Assembly: GCA_965215505.1 (NCBI GenBank)
Contig: OZ244065.1
Location: forward strand, 5,184,001 to 5,248,000
From: Capsulimonadaceae bacterium
Lineage (GTDB): Bacteria; Armatimonadota; Armatimonadia; Armatimonadales; Capsulimonadaceae
DNA length: 64,000 bases
Direction: 5' to 3'
In this document: in pieces, positions 37,034 through 47,500 of the stretch
Layout of the letters: every line of letters starts with the position of its first letter
How positions within the stretch are numbered: position 1 is the first letter of the stretch
Notes under the pieces: generated by a model
Seen by the model: only the letters and a program-made list of their open reading frames with translations
Database searches by the model: none
What the model was told of the DNA's origin: nothing
Made by a program: the position numbers and the translations under genes

Positions 37034-37657
37034 TTAAACCATTGGCTCCGCTGTCCTAGTGGCTCGGAACGGCTGGAACTGGATTGTGAGGCACTGACCA
37101 ACCGCAGCCAATGCCTGCCAAACCGCCAGATGCAGCGTCTCCTTGTCGGCATAGTCCTCGGGACAAAGCCACTCATATTTGAGCTTGCGCCACAGGATCT
37201 CCGCAATGTTGAGGTGCGGACTGTACGGCGGCAGAAAGAACACGAACAGCCCACGCTCCTGCCAAACCGCCCAACGCTCTTTGACGGCCTTCTTGTGGAC
37301 GCTGGCATTATCCAGGACAACGACCGTCAGGCGCGGCAGCGACAAGGAAAGAGCATCTAAGCGTTCGCTGATCCAGGCCGCTGTGATTGTCTGCTCCGTC
37401 AAGTACCGGTGGAGGCGGTTGTCCCGAGAAAGCAGGGCGAAGCAATTTACATTGCCCCCGCGCTCACTGGGCATCGCTACCTGTTCATCGGCAAACTGCC
37501 ACGCATAAGGAACACAGGGTAGCAGAGACACGCCGCTCTCATCGCCGTAGAACAGGTCAATGTGGCCCTGCTCCGAAAGCCGCTCATACTCCGTGAGGCA
37601 CTCACGCTTGAACTCGTAAACATCGGCGTTGGGCGTGCGTTTCAGGCGTCGTCGCAC
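37034..37657 (-). CDS. IS630 transposase DDE domain (ORF B)
   Basis: FYGDES, VVLDNASVH, FLPPYSPHLNIAEILW. Confidence 0.92.
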   Translation of the reverse strand: MRRRLKRTPNADVYEFKRECLTEYERLSEQGHIDLFYGDESGVSLLPCVPYAWQFADEQVAMPSERGGNVNCFALLSRDNRLHRYLTEQTITAAWISERLDALSLSLPRLTVVVLDNASVHKKAVKERWAVWQERGLFVFFLPPYSPHLNIAEILWRKLKYEWLCPEDYADKETLHLAVWQALAAVGQCLTIQFQPFRATRTAEPMV

Positions 37658-38073
37658 TCGCTTGAAGCGGCCGCCGTTTTTTTTAGGAACCGCTTGAGCG
37701 TGAGTGTGGAGAACTCCTTGCCAAGTTCCTGTTCCAGTTCGGCTTTGGCGAGGCTGACGCGCTGACGGTTCTTCTGCACCGCGCGGCGCACGGCTTCCAA
37801 ATCGGTTGTCTGTTGCAGGATAGGGCGTCGCCCCCTTCCTTGGCGGGTCTTCAATCCGTCAATGCCGTGTTCCTGGTAGCGCGTGAGCCAGGTGTTGACG
37901 ACCACCTCGCAGCAGCCGACTTGGCGGGCGACCTCTTGGGAGGTAAGCCACTGGGATTTGAGCAGGATCATTTGGCAACGCTGGCGAAAGGCATGGGAGG
38001 GGCCATGCTTGCTTCCGTTTTCCAGCGCCGCGCGTTCGTCCTCGGTCAGTTCGATTGCCTTGATTTTCGCCAT
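37642..38073 (-). CDS. IS630 transposase HTH domain (ORF A)
   Basis: RCQMILL, WLTRYQEHGIDGL...GRRP; A8 run at 37677-37684 allows a -1 shift into ORF B. Confidence 0.9.
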   Translation of the reverse strand: MAKIKAIELTEDERAALENGSKHGPSHAFRQRCQMILLKSQWLTSQEVARQVGCCEVVVNTWLTRYQEHGIDGLKTRQGRGRRPILQQTTDLEAVRRAVQKNRQRVSLAKAELEQELGKEFSTLTLKRFLKKTAAASSECDDA

Positions 38074-38424
38074 GACGCTATTGTAGCATAGTTTAATCTA
38101 ATTCTGAACAACTACTTAGTCCAGTGGATGCAACCCAGATCAGCATCGCTTCATTTTGGGAGATCGGCATCAAAGCAGGTCTGGGCAAATTGCCGCTGAC
38201 AACGGGACTGCTGGAACTGGAAGCGATTGCAGTGCGGCAATCCATCGAAATTCTGCCGATTACGGTGCAGGCAATCTCTGCGATTCAGCAGATGCCGCAT
38301 CACCACCAAGACCCTTTCGACCGGATTATTGCCGCGACTGTGCTGACGATGGGCGGCGTATTATTGAGCGCCGATACTATCTTTGATGCCTACGGCGTCC
38401 CAAGAACATGGCAAGAATGAGTAA

Positions 38425-39537
38425 ATGATAGACCCCCGACTGACCAGATGGGCGGACACGCTCGTCAATTACAGCCTCTCGCTCCAACCCGGCGAGCAGG
38501 TACTCATCCGCGTGGACGAGGCCGCCATTCCGCTCGCCAAGGAGGTCTATCGTTCTGCCCTCTCCGTAGGCGCGCACCCCCATGTGCAGGTGCTTGTAGA
38601 AGGCCTGGACGAGATCTTCCTGACGACGGCTGACGACCGGCAGCTAGAGTGGGTGTCGCCCATCCGGCAGTTCGAGTACGAGACGATCGACGCCCTGTGT
38701 GCCATCGTCGCGTCCGCCAACACTTCCGCCCTGTCCGCCGTCGAAACCGACAAGCAGACGCGGGCGCAGCGGGCGAACAGCGCCATTCGGAAATCCCTGT
38801 TCACCCGGTCGGCGGAGGGCCGGGCCAAGTGGAGCCTGACCCTCTACCCGACGCAGGGCGCGGCGCAGAACGCGAAGATGTCATTAGGGGATTATGAGGA
38901 CTTCCTGCTGCGGGCGATGCTGCTGGACAAAGAGGACCCCGCCGCCGCCTGGAAGGCGTTCTCCCAAGAGCAGCAGCGGTATGTGGATTATCTGAACCGC
39001 GTGGAGACGGTTCGGTTCGTGGCAAAGGACACCGACATCTCCATGCGCGTCGCCGGGCGCGTCTGGGTCAACTCCGATGGCCACAAGAACTTCCCGAGCG
39101 GCGAGATTTTCACCGGGCCTCTGGAAGACAGCGTGAACGGTCAGGTCCGCTACACCTTCCCGACGGCTCACCTGGGGCATGAGGTGGATGACGTGCGGCT
39201 GACGTTTAAAAATGGCCGGGTCATCAAGGCGGAGGCGTCGCGCGGGCAGGAGTTTCTCCTGTCCATGCTGGACAGCGACGAGGGCGCGCGGACGTTGGGC
39301 GAGGTCGCCATCGGCAACAACTACGGCGTCCAGCAGTACACGCGGAACACCCTCTACGATGAGAAGATCGGCGGCACGTTCCACCTTGCTTTGGGCAACG
39401 CCTACCCGGAGACGGGGGCGACGAACGTCTCCGCCGTACATTGGGACATGGTCTGCGACATGCGCCCCGAGGCCGGCGGCGGCGCAGTCTACGCCGACGG
39501 CGTCCTCATCCACGAGAACGGGCAGTGGATTATTTAG
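38425..39537 (+). CDS. M29 family aminopeptidase (AmpS/PepS-like)
   Basis: LVNYS, NFPSGEIFTGP, LGEVAIG, LYDEKIGGTFHLALG, SAVHWDMV. Confidence 0.92.
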   Translation: MIDPRLTRWADTLVNYSLSLQPGEQVLIRVDEAAIPLAKEVYRSALSVGAHPHVQVLVEGLDEIFLTTADDRQLEWVSPIRQFEYETIDALCAIVASANTSALSAVETDKQTRAQRANSAIRKSLFTRSAEGRAKWSLTLYPTQGAAQNAKMSLGDYEDFLLRAMLLDKEDPAAAWKAFSQEQQRYVDYLNRVETVRFVAKDTDISMRVAGRVWVNSDGHKNFPSGEIFTGPLEDSVNGQVRYTFPTAHLGHEVDDVRLTFKNGRVIKAEASRGQEFLLSMLDSDEGARTLGEVAIGNNYGVQQYTRNTLYDEKIGGTFHLALGNAYPETGATNVSAVHWDMVCDMRPEAGGGAVYADGVLIHENGQWII

Positions 39538-39540
39538 GCA

Positions 39541-40737
39541 TCAAGCCGCGTCATTCAGCGCGTCCAGCATCGGGAACGTCCGCCCGGCGATCTTGGGATC
39601 GATCCGCTTGGCCTCCTGGATCTCGGCCAGGCCGGCCGCGAGGTCGCCGCGCTTGCGGAGGGCAAGCCCAAGGTTGAAGTGCGCCCAGGCATGATGGCTG
39701 TTGATCCTGATGGTCCGCTTCCAGCTCATCAGGGCCGACTCGTGGCGGCGCAGCTTGTACTGCGCGTTGCCCATGTTGAAGTGTGCGCCCGCAAAATTCG
39801 GGTCCACCTGGACCACCTGCTGCCACCGTTCCAGGGCGGCCTCAGTCTGGCCCTCGTTGCTCAAGATAATGCCGAGGTTGAAGTTCGCCCATGGATCGTG
39901 CGGGTCCAGCCGGATCGCCTCGCGCAGCTCCGCCAGGGCGGCATCCACCAGGCCCTTGATGTAGAGCGCGGCCCCCAGATGCTGGTGCGGCTCGGCGATG
40001 CGCGGGTCCTTCTTGATCGCGCGCTCCCAGCAGATGATGGCGTCATCCAGGCGGCCCTCGTTCTGGTAGGCGATTCCCAGATGGATGTGCGCCTGAACGT
40101 CCTCGGGATCGTGCTGAAGCGCCTCCCGGTACTGCGCCAGCGAGGCGTCCGCCATGCCTCGCTGGTGGTACACGGTCGCGAGGTTGTGCCGCACGACGCC
40201 GAGCCTCGGGTCCAGATCCAGGGCGGCCTTCCACTGGGCGATGGCGGCCTCCGTGTCCCCTTGCTGGTAGAGCGCGGTCCCAAAATTGTTGCGCGCATAG
40301 GCGTGGTTCGGCGCGACCCGCACCGCCTCCCGCCACTCGGCGAACGCCTCCTCGTCCCGCCCCTGCGCCCGCAGGGCCAGCCCCAGGTTGTTGCGCGCCC
40401 AGCCGTCGCTCGGGACCAGCCTGATCGCCTCCCAATAAGCGGCGACCGCGCCATCGAGCTTGCCCACGTCCGCCAGAGTGTTGCCAAGCCGGTTGTAGGT
40501 CTCCGCGTCGTCCGGGTTGAGTTGAATCGCCTCCCGGTACTGGACGATGGCGGCGTCATTCTGCCCCCGCGCCGCCAGGGCGTTCGCCAGCGTGATCTTG
40601 GCCTGGGCGTCGTGCGGGGCGCGTTGAGCCGCCTTACGATAGTCGGCGATGGCCGCGTCCATTTCGGCCTTCGCCCGCAGTGAGGTGGGGGCGGCGAACT
40701 GCGAGTTTTCCTGGCGCGTTTCGAGTATCTGGCGCAT
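39541..40737 (-). CDS. Tetratricopeptide repeat protein
   Basis: About 10 tandem 34-aa TPR units (A..NLG..L...G...A). Confidence 0.9.
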   Translation of the reverse strand: MRQILETRQENSQFAAPTSLRAKAEMDAAIADYRKAAQRAPHDAQAKITLANALAARGQNDAAIVQYREAIQLNPDDAETYNRLGNTLADVGKLDGAVAAYWEAIRLVPSDGWARNNLGLALRAQGRDEEAFAEWREAVRVAPNHAYARNNFGTALYQQGDTEAAIAQWKAALDLDPRLGVVRHNLATVYHQRGMADASLAQYREALQHDPEDVQAHIHLGIAYQNEGRLDDAIICWERAIKKDPRIAEPHQHLGAALYIKGLVDAALAELREAIRLDPHDPWANFNLGIILSNEGQTEAALERWQQVVQVDPNFAGAHFNMGNAQYKLRRHESALMSWKRTIRINSHHAWAHFNLGLALRKRGDLAAGLAEIQEAKRIDPKIAGRTFPMLDALNDAA

Positions 40738-40761
40738 GTGTTTCCTCTTGGAACTGGGAGA

Positions 40762-42444
40762 CTAAAACAGGCCGGTGATCTGGCCCGCCGCGTCAATATC
40801 AATGTCCAGTGCGGCCGGGTGCTTTGGCAGGCCGGGCATCGTCAGGATGTCGCCCACGAGCGCGACGACGAATCCTGCCCCTGCCGATAGGGTGAGCGCG
40901 CGGACCCGGAGCGTGAACCCGGTCGGGGCACCCCGCCGGGTCGAGTCGTCGGTGAACGAGTACTGCGTCTTGGCGACGCACACCGGCAGGCGGTCGAACC
41001 CGTGCGCGTTCAGCCAGGCGATCTGCTTCTCGGCCTCGGCACTCAGCTCGACGCCGTCCGCGCCGTATACCTTCGTCACGATCTCGCGCAACTTCTCCGG
41101 GATCGTCTTGTTCACGTCGTAAATCGGCTGGAACTGCCCCGGCGTCTCCAAAGCATCCAGGACGGCCTGCCCCAGCACACGCCCGCCCGCGCCGCCTTCG
41201 GCCCAGACATTGTTGACGGCGACGCGCCAGCCGCGCTCCCGGCAGTGCGCGACGACGGCCTCCACCTCGGCGGGCGTGTCCTGCGCGAACGTGTTGACCG
41301 TCACCACGAACGGGACACCGATCTGGCCGACATTCGCCGCATGGCGATCTAAATTCGGCAGGCCGCGCTTGACCGCCTCCACGTCTTCACGGTTCAGGTG
41401 CGTCTTGCCGACCCCGCCATGCATCTTCAGGGCGCGGACGGTGGCGATCAGCACAACGGCATCCGGCGACAGGGCGGGCTGCCGGGGTGCGGCCACAATA
41501 TCGCAGAACTTCTCGAAGCCCAGGTCTGACCCGAAACCGGCTTCGGTGACTACATACTCGCCCAGCCGCAGGGCCAGCTTCGTCCCAAGCACGCTGGAAC
41601 AGCCGTGGGCGATGTTGGCGAATGGGCCGCCATGCACGAACGCGGGCGTTCCCTCCAAAGTCTGAACCAGGTTCGGCTTGATCGCGTCCCGCAGCAGGGC
41701 GGCCATGGCCCCCGACGCGCCCAGATCGCCCGCCGTGATCGGGTGGCCCTTGACGGTCTGCCCGATGACGATGCGCGCCAGCCGCTCCTTCAGCTCCGCC
41801 AGCGACTCGGCAAGGCACAAAATCGCCATGACCTCGGAGGCGACCGTGATCTGGAACCCGGACTGCCGAGGGTAGCCGTTCCCCTTGCCGCCCATCCCCA
41901 CCACCGTCTCGCGCAGGGCACGGTCGTTGACGTCCAGGCAGCGCCGGTGCGCGACCGTCCGCACATCAATTCCCAGCGCGTTCCCCTGGTAGATGTGGTT
42001 GTCGGTCATCGCCGCCAGCAGGTTGTTCGCCGAGGTCAGGGCGTGCATGTCGCCGGTGAAGTGCAGGTTGATGTCCTCCATAGGCAAAACCTGCGCGTGG
42101 CCGCCGCCCGCCGCCCCGCCCTTCATGCCGAAGACAGGACCCATGGAAGGCTCCCGGATGGCCGCGATGCCCTTCTTCCCCAACTTACAAAGCCCTTGCG
42201 CCAGCCCGATGACGACCGTAGTCTTGCCCTCGCCAGCCGGTGTCGGCGTGATCGCCGTCACCACGATCAGCTTGCCGCGTGGCGCGTCGGCTTCCGTCAG
42301 AAGCCGTTCCAGCGTCGGCTGGCTGATCTTGGCCTTGTCGCGGCCGTAGGGTTCCAAATCGTCGGGCGTCAGCTCCAGGTCGGCTGCCACAGCCGCAATT
42401 GGGCGGGGGGTGACGGAATGGGCGATCTCCAGGTCGGTCGGCAT
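40762..42444 (-). CDS. fhs: Formate--tetrahydrofolate ligase
   Basis: TPTPAGEGKTT, INLHFTGD, KPNLVQTLEG, HGGPFANIAHG, TEAGFGSDLG, TMPGLP. Confidence 0.97.
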   Translation of the reverse strand: MPTDLEIAHSVTPRPIAAVAADLELTPDDLEPYGRDKAKISQPTLERLLTEADAPRGKLIVVTAITPTPAGEGKTTVVIGLAQGLCKLGKKGIAAIREPSMGPVFGMKGGAAGGGHAQVLPMEDINLHFTGDMHALTSANNLLAAMTDNHIYQGNALGIDVRTVAHRRCLDVNDRALRETVVGMGGKGNGYPRQSGFQITVASEVMAILCLAESLAELKERLARIVIGQTVKGHPITAGDLGASGAMAALLRDAIKPNLVQTLEGTPAFVHGGPFANIAHGCSSVLGTKLALRLGEYVVTEAGFGSDLGFEKFCDIVAAPRQPALSPDAVVLIATVRALKMHGGVGKTHLNREDVEAVKRGLPNLDRHAANVGQIGVPFVVTVNTFAQDTPAEVEAVVAHCRERGWRVAVNNVWAEGGAGGRVLGQAVLDALETPGQFQPIYDVNKTIPEKLREIVTKVYGADGVELSAEAEKQIAWLNAHGFDRLPVCVAKTQYSFTDDSTRRGAPTGFTLRVRALTLSAGAGFVVALVGDILTMPGLPKHPAALDIDIDAAGQITGLF

Positions 42445-42447
42445 TAC

Positions 42448-43161
42448 TTACTTTCTCGTTTCGTTCGGATAAATGGCGATCTGCGAGCCTTCGGCCAGCA
42501 CGACCGAGTCCGGTGTCCGCCCTTGCAGAAACTCCCAGCGGTCGCCGTACAGGTGCGCGAAGTCAATGGTCATGTCGTAACTCTCAATCGGGTACGTCCG
42601 CCAGGACGGGTGCCAGACGCGGAAGCCCGTCCCCGTGCCGCCCAGGCGACTCCGGTTGAAGCCCATCGGCTGCTCCTTCACCCACGTCTCGAAGCTCTCG
42701 AGCGGTGGCAGCACGGCACCCCCGCGCGCCGACACGGCCACCATCTGCGGCTTGCCCTCTACGATGAAGTCGTGCCGCACTCGGCGGAGGTCCCCCACCT
42801 GCGTCACGCGGCTCGTGATCGGGACGGCACTGTACGGTTCATTATACAGCAGTTTTGCCAATCCGCACACCAGCGGGTTCGGGGCAAGCTCCCGCACGAA
42901 GACCACCCCGCGCTGTCCCCCCTGCGTCACATACAGCCGCAGGTTGAACTCGGGGAAGTCGCACAGCGAGCGGGGGTAGGGGACGCTCCACCCCAGCACG
43001 CGTGCCCGCTCGAAGTTGAAGGCGACGAGGCTGCACCACGCGCTCCCCTTCCACCGGTCCGGCTCCAATCCAGGCGCGAGATAGTTGGTCAAAGCTTCGT
43101 CAGGAACGGCATACGAGATCAGGATCAGGTCGGACCAGACGGCGGTGAGGAAGGGGGTCAT
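42448..43161 (-). CDS. DUF2071 (YqjF-like) protein
   Basis: FLTAVWSDL, SLVAF, FPEFNLRLYV, RGVVFVRE, SVVLAEGS. Confidence 0.8.
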   Translation of the reverse strand: MTPFLTAVWSDLILISYAVPDEALTNYLAPGLEPDRWKGSAWCSLVAFNFERARVLGWSVPYPRSLCDFPEFNLRLYVTQGGQRGVVFVRELAPNPLVCGLAKLLYNEPYSAVPITSRVTQVGDLRRVRHDFIVEGKPQMVAVSARGGAVLPPLESFETWVKEQPMGFNRSRLGGTGTGFRVWHPSWRTYPIESYDMTIDFAHLYGDRWEFLQGRTPDSVVLAEGSQIAIYPNETRK

Positions 43162-43173
43162 GCGGCCTAGTTT

Positions 43174-43338
43174 CTAAAGGTCTTCCAGGTATTTCCAGGC
43201 TTCGTTTTCTTCCGGTGTGTCCCAGAGGCGGCTCAAAACCGGCTCGGCAGCAAGCATCGTCAGGCGGGCTAGGTTTTCGCCCGGTTCTTCTTCCCAGGAG
43301 AAAGACTCCCCATCGGGTTTATCCTCTGTTTCGTTCAT
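43174..43338 (-). CDS. 54-aa antitoxin-like small ORF (not in ORF track)
   Basis: MNETEDKPDGESFSWEEEPGENLARLTMLAAEPVLSRLWDTPEENEAWKYLEDL; gagg RBS; stop 12 nt before the DUF2071 start. Confidence 0.65.
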   Translation of the reverse strand: MNETEDKPDGESFSWEEEPGENLARLTMLAAEPVLSRLWDTPEENEAWKYLEDL

Positions 43339-43376
43339 TTTGCCTCAGCCTCCGATACGCCCAAGCGACAGAAGTG

Positions 43377-43479
43377 CGAGCGGTTGAAAACCGCTCGCTA
43401 GGTGAAGCACCCTCCGGGTGGAGGAGCCTTCCTGCCGTCCGCAGGATGCCTTTCCTAGCGAGCGATTTTCAACCACTCG
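43377..43479. repeat. REPIN-like composite palindrome family A, copy 2 (diverged)
   Basis: cgagcggttgaaaaccgctcgctagg ... cctagcgagcgattttcaaccactcg, 26-bp inverted arms with 2 mismatches. Confidence 0.75.
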
Positions 43480-43491
43480 TTCTGGCTCGTT

Positions 43492-43977
43492 CTAGCTCCC
43501 ATGCAGCATCAGTGCCGTCAGCACGGTCGCGAAGGAAACCCAGGCGACGACGGGCAGCACTAACCCGGCGGCGGCCCTGGAAGTCGTCTTGACCTGGGAA
43601 GCGACCCAGACCGCCGCAGCGATGGTCGCGACGTTGCCGACCAGCCCGACGGCGACGCTTTTCAGGCCCATCGTGTAGAACGGGTACGCCAGGCAGAACA
43701 GCAGGAGGAGGACGATGTACCCCGCCTGCCGCCCGGCCTGCGCGCCGCCGGATCGCATGACGAACCAGCGGGCCGCCCCGAGGAAGGCGAACAGGATGAC
43801 CCAGACGACGCCGACGAGCCAGCCGGGCGGGTCGAGGCGCGACTGCTGCGCGGCGGGCGTGTCGGTCTGGAACCAGCCCGACAGGAAGATGACCGCATTC
43901 ACGGCGATGACGGTCACGATGGCCGCCGCGACGTTCGCGGCCAGGCCGACACGGTCAGTGCGGTTAAATATGTTCAT
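43492..43977 (-). CDS. TspO/MBR family membrane protein
   Basis: PPGWLVGVVW..LF, LVLPVVAWVSFATVL. Confidence 0.85.
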   Translation of the reverse strand: MNIFNRTDRVGLAANVAAAIVTVIAVNAVIFLSGWFQTDTPAAQQSRLDPPGWLVGVVWVILFAFLGAARWFVMRSGGAQAGRQAGYIVLLLLFCLAYPFYTMGLKSVAVGLVGNVATIAAAVWVASQVKTTSRAAAGLVLPVVAWVSFATVLTALMLHGS

Positions 43978-44468
43978 CCTCTTTTTGCTCCGGGTACACC
44001 CTGAACTGAAATGCCGTGCTGCTCAAGCCAGCTCAAATCCAGCGCCCACTGGTACTTGCTCCGCCGCTCCCAGACCGTGAACTGCTCCGCGATGTAGCGC
44101 GCCGCCTCCCGCGCCGTCCAGCCGTTCACCTTCGCCAGATGCCGGGCGGCGATGTCGCCCCGGCCCTTGATGTTCGCCAGCCCGATGTGCTTCACCTCAT
44201 GGCAGGCGGGGCAGAGGGCGGTCAAGCCCAGCAATGTCTGCGTGTGCCGCTCGTCATCGTACTCCCAGATCTCGTGACACTCGACCGGCCACTTGGGGCC
44301 GCGCCCGCCGCAGACCTCGCACCGGCTCCCGGCGGCATCGGAGGTGAGCCTTCGGAGCCGGTCCCACTCCGCCGCGCTGACTTCGGAGCGGACATTGGAG
44401 AACCAGCAGGTTTGGGGCACAAGCTCAATCGTGAGGCGGTTCGTGCCAGTATGTTCTTGGGTCTGCAT
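43974..44468 (-). CDS. Small HNH endonuclease-like protein
   Basis: CEVCG...ECHEIW...LCPACHEVKH; overlaps the TspO start. Confidence 0.75.
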   Translation of the reverse strand: MQTQEHTGTNRLTIELVPQTCWFSNVRSEVSAAEWDRLRRLTSDAAGSRCEVCGGRGPKWPVECHEIWEYDDERHTQTLLGLTALCPACHEVKHIGLANIKGRGDIAARHLAKVNGWTAREAARYIAEQFTVWERRSKYQWALDLSWLEQHGISVQGVPGAKRG

Positions 44469-44582
44469 GCTTATCTACTGCTTCTAATACGTTCCCATTT
44501 GGCAACCCAGCCACTCCGGTACACATATCAGGCGGTAAAACCCGCGAACAGACACGAAGGATTCATAGCCTTCGGCATTGTG

Positions 44583-47500
44583 TCAGAGCAACCTAGAAGC
44601 TGCCCATGCGTCAATTGAGGTACAGATTTCTTGGCGTTGCAATGGAAGGAGTGACATGATCTTAACCACCTCTCGTTTCATCCTAACGAGGGTTGTCAAT
44701 CTGTCGCGCCCAACGACGAGCGACATTAGCATTGTGTTCAGCACAAAAAGTTTCGTTTGCGGTAGCGATGGCTGAATCCACAGCCACTTCACAACTTGCG
44801 CGGCAATCAGGATTGCGTCGCTATCATCTGTGTAAGGAGACACAAGTGTTTCAAAGACGCGAGTTATCTGCGGCGTGGTTTTGAGGGCGTCACGCTTCAA
44901 TATCCACTGGAACAAGGCAGCATCTACTCTCACGATAAAGTAGTTGCCAATCACAAGCTTCTCAACAGCGGCATTATACTGGTCGATACTGAGGATGTCT
45001 CGGTTCCGCAGGTTTTCAAGAATTGCCTGCGTCCAAACCCCAGGAACTTGCTGATCTTTGTGCGCGATTACCCTTAAGACAAGGTCATCTGTGTAGAGTG
45101 GGACCTTTTGCCCGTAGGCAAGTGCGATTGCTCCCGCTGCTGATACGCCTAAACCCTTTACAATTTCCTGGTTTATCGTAATCAAATCAAGCGCCGGCAA
45201 TATATGGGTAGAGTTTCGGATATATGCAACAACATTTTTAACAAACTCTCTCTGCTTCGCGACCTGGTCAGCCGACACTTCCTGATGAACGTAGTGATCC
45301 CCTTCACTCCAGATGGAATGATGGGGCCGAGCGTCTAGAGTCTCGTCCAGATAGCGGTTGAGAGCATCTAAGGTAGATTGTGCAACCAGGAGCCTGCTAA
45401 ATGCCTGTGACACTGGCGCTTCTAGTTCAAGGTACTGGATGGTGAATAGCGCACTGGTTTCCAGCGCCAGAGTATCCGTTGTTGCTAGAATAGCCCTCTG
45501 GTTGCCCCACTCCTGTGGGTCACTGGTTGCGGCGTTTACGCGCCCCCCACGCGAGCTTATGAGAGTTGACCATACCTCAAACTCCGACCGTTTTAGCCAA
45601 TCGGCCATCACGCAGAGAGGTATTTTGTTCTCCTCATAAGCCGCGCGAATCGACTCACCGCGCTCCCGAAGTTGATCCAAGTTTGTCTTGAAGTTGGGCA
45701 TGAATTCTGGGTCAGTTATGTCACCAACAAAAATGCTCGGATCATGGAATTGTCCTGTCTCGAATCGCTTCATGCTTTCCTGAAACGCAAAAACGTACTT
45801 ACTCAGAATTTCCGATACGCTATATTTGATCGCTCCGAATGGCCCATCCTGAAGATTAACTTCATCTCCGACACGCAGGCCGCGCAGTTTAGCCGCATAG
45901 GGATGTGACGGATTAATCTCACCATTCGCCTCATGTACCACCGCTTCATCAAGCAACGTGAAAGCTAGCGTCTTCCCATTGCGTGTCAAACGAACTGAGC
46001 TGTCTACACCCACTTCGGCGGGGCCGACACTAATCGCTCCTGTTTCATTAGCGTTGAGTTCTGGAAAGAGTTGCATATATCCGGTGTGAACATTGGCATC
46101 ATCATGGGCGATGCGCCTGGCCCTATAGGCGAACCGTAGCACCTCCGGCATATCGAGTCTGTTGCGGGCGAACGCCATACGCATCAGTAGTTCAGGATCA
46201 TCTTTAATAGCCTCGTATGGCACTCTCTGGGCGGCAGCCCTTGCCGCCTCCTTATCACCACGTCGGGATTCAATTAGTACCAAACGAACGGAGAGTGACA
46301 AATTCTTCGGCTCGATCTCCTGTAACTGAGATAGAATGGTCGCAGCCCCATTCCAGTCGCTGACCTCTTCCAAGATCACTGCCTCGATCTCGGAGATCAT
46401 TGGAATGGGTGTCCCGTCTGCCCTCAACAAACGGGCAATTTCGAGGGCTTCCTGAGACTGTCCCGTCCGGTAGAGAGAGTAAACATATTCCCGCAACTCT
46501 ATACTGTCCTTTGTAGTATCTACAATAGATTTGTATGTCTCCGCTGCCTTTGCAAAGTTACCCAGTTTGTAGTAGAGTTGGGCAAGCTGATAAGCTATCC
46601 AGTCGCGTACATGCCCCTGAGCGACTGCCAAACCTTGCTCAAGCAGAGCGACGGCTTCATCCTGCTTCCCCTCTGCCACTCGTCTAGATGATAGTACGGA
46701 CAACGTATCCGGGTCATTGGGCCAGCCCTGAAGTAACTCCGCTTCAATTTGTGCTGTTTTGTCCGCATCCCCGAGGCGTGAGTACGCGTTCATCAGCATG
46801 TTCGCGATATAAATCTTGTCACGCTCATGCGACGGCGTTTCCCACAGAGGGGTCAGCACTTCAATTACTTTTGCGAATTGCCCTAGCGAGTTATGCGCGG
46901 TGGCAAGGGGTAATGCCGCGCCCGTCTTCTCGTCCTCACCCTGGATTTGCTCGAAAAACTGGATGGCCCTTTCTTTGTCGCCTCTCCGCAAGAGAATCTG
47001 GCCTTTGTTGCGTAAGGCGGTATCCTGGTGTTTGTTCTCCGCGAGTACCTTATCACAGTCCTGTTCAGCCTCATCTAGCTGACCCAGAGCGGCCAAAACG
47101 CCTGCCCTGTTTGCGAGCGCGATGTGCCGCATGTTAGGATTGTTCCGGTCTGCCGTCAGTGTGATAACCGCAGTCAGAGCCTCGGCTGCTTCCTGTCTTC
47201 TTGCAGAAGTCTGCTCCTCCTGCTTACCTGGGAGCGGTGGGTCTTCATGCATTGACCGTTGTGAAGGAATTAATATCGACTGGGCAAGTAACAAGTATGC
47301 CAAAGGATTTTCGTCGTCGGCACTTATAGCATCCCGGAGGTACTGTTCAGCTTTCTCATAGTCGCCATCTTGAAAACTAAAGTCACCGAGATTTGTCAGG
47401 CACATTGGGTCGGTAGTGATCCACGGCTCGTCCGCGATTATTTGCTCGATCTCTTCAAGCCGGCTCTGAAGATGTAAAACACCCATATAGATCGAAGTCG

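Larger units (their letters stand above)
37014..38116 (-). mobile_element. IS630 family insertion sequence
   Basis: 26-bp terminal inverted repeats (agtagttgttctaaattagattaaac; 2 mismatches), TA target duplication at 37012-13 and 38117-18, two transposase ORFs. Confidence 0.93.
36926..38420 (+). pseudogene. vapC: VapC/PIN toxin interrupted by IS630
   Basis: 5' part MQHIIDTHTFLWF...RSLID (36926-37013) joins in frame to SPVDATQISIASFWEIGIK...HHQDPFDRIIAA...LLSADTIF once the IS and one TA are removed. Confidence 0.88.

Noticed and set aside
39541-40737. Internal DNA repeats
   Set aside because: Explained by TPR protein periodicity.
43170-43370. Riboswitch upstream of DUF2071-fhs
   Set aside because: No recognisable aptamer motif; the interval is explained by a small ORF.
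44470-44582. Target duplication or gene-tail repeat flanking the SMEK-PIN gene
   Set aside because: No match to the glmL 3' end or other flank was found by eye.
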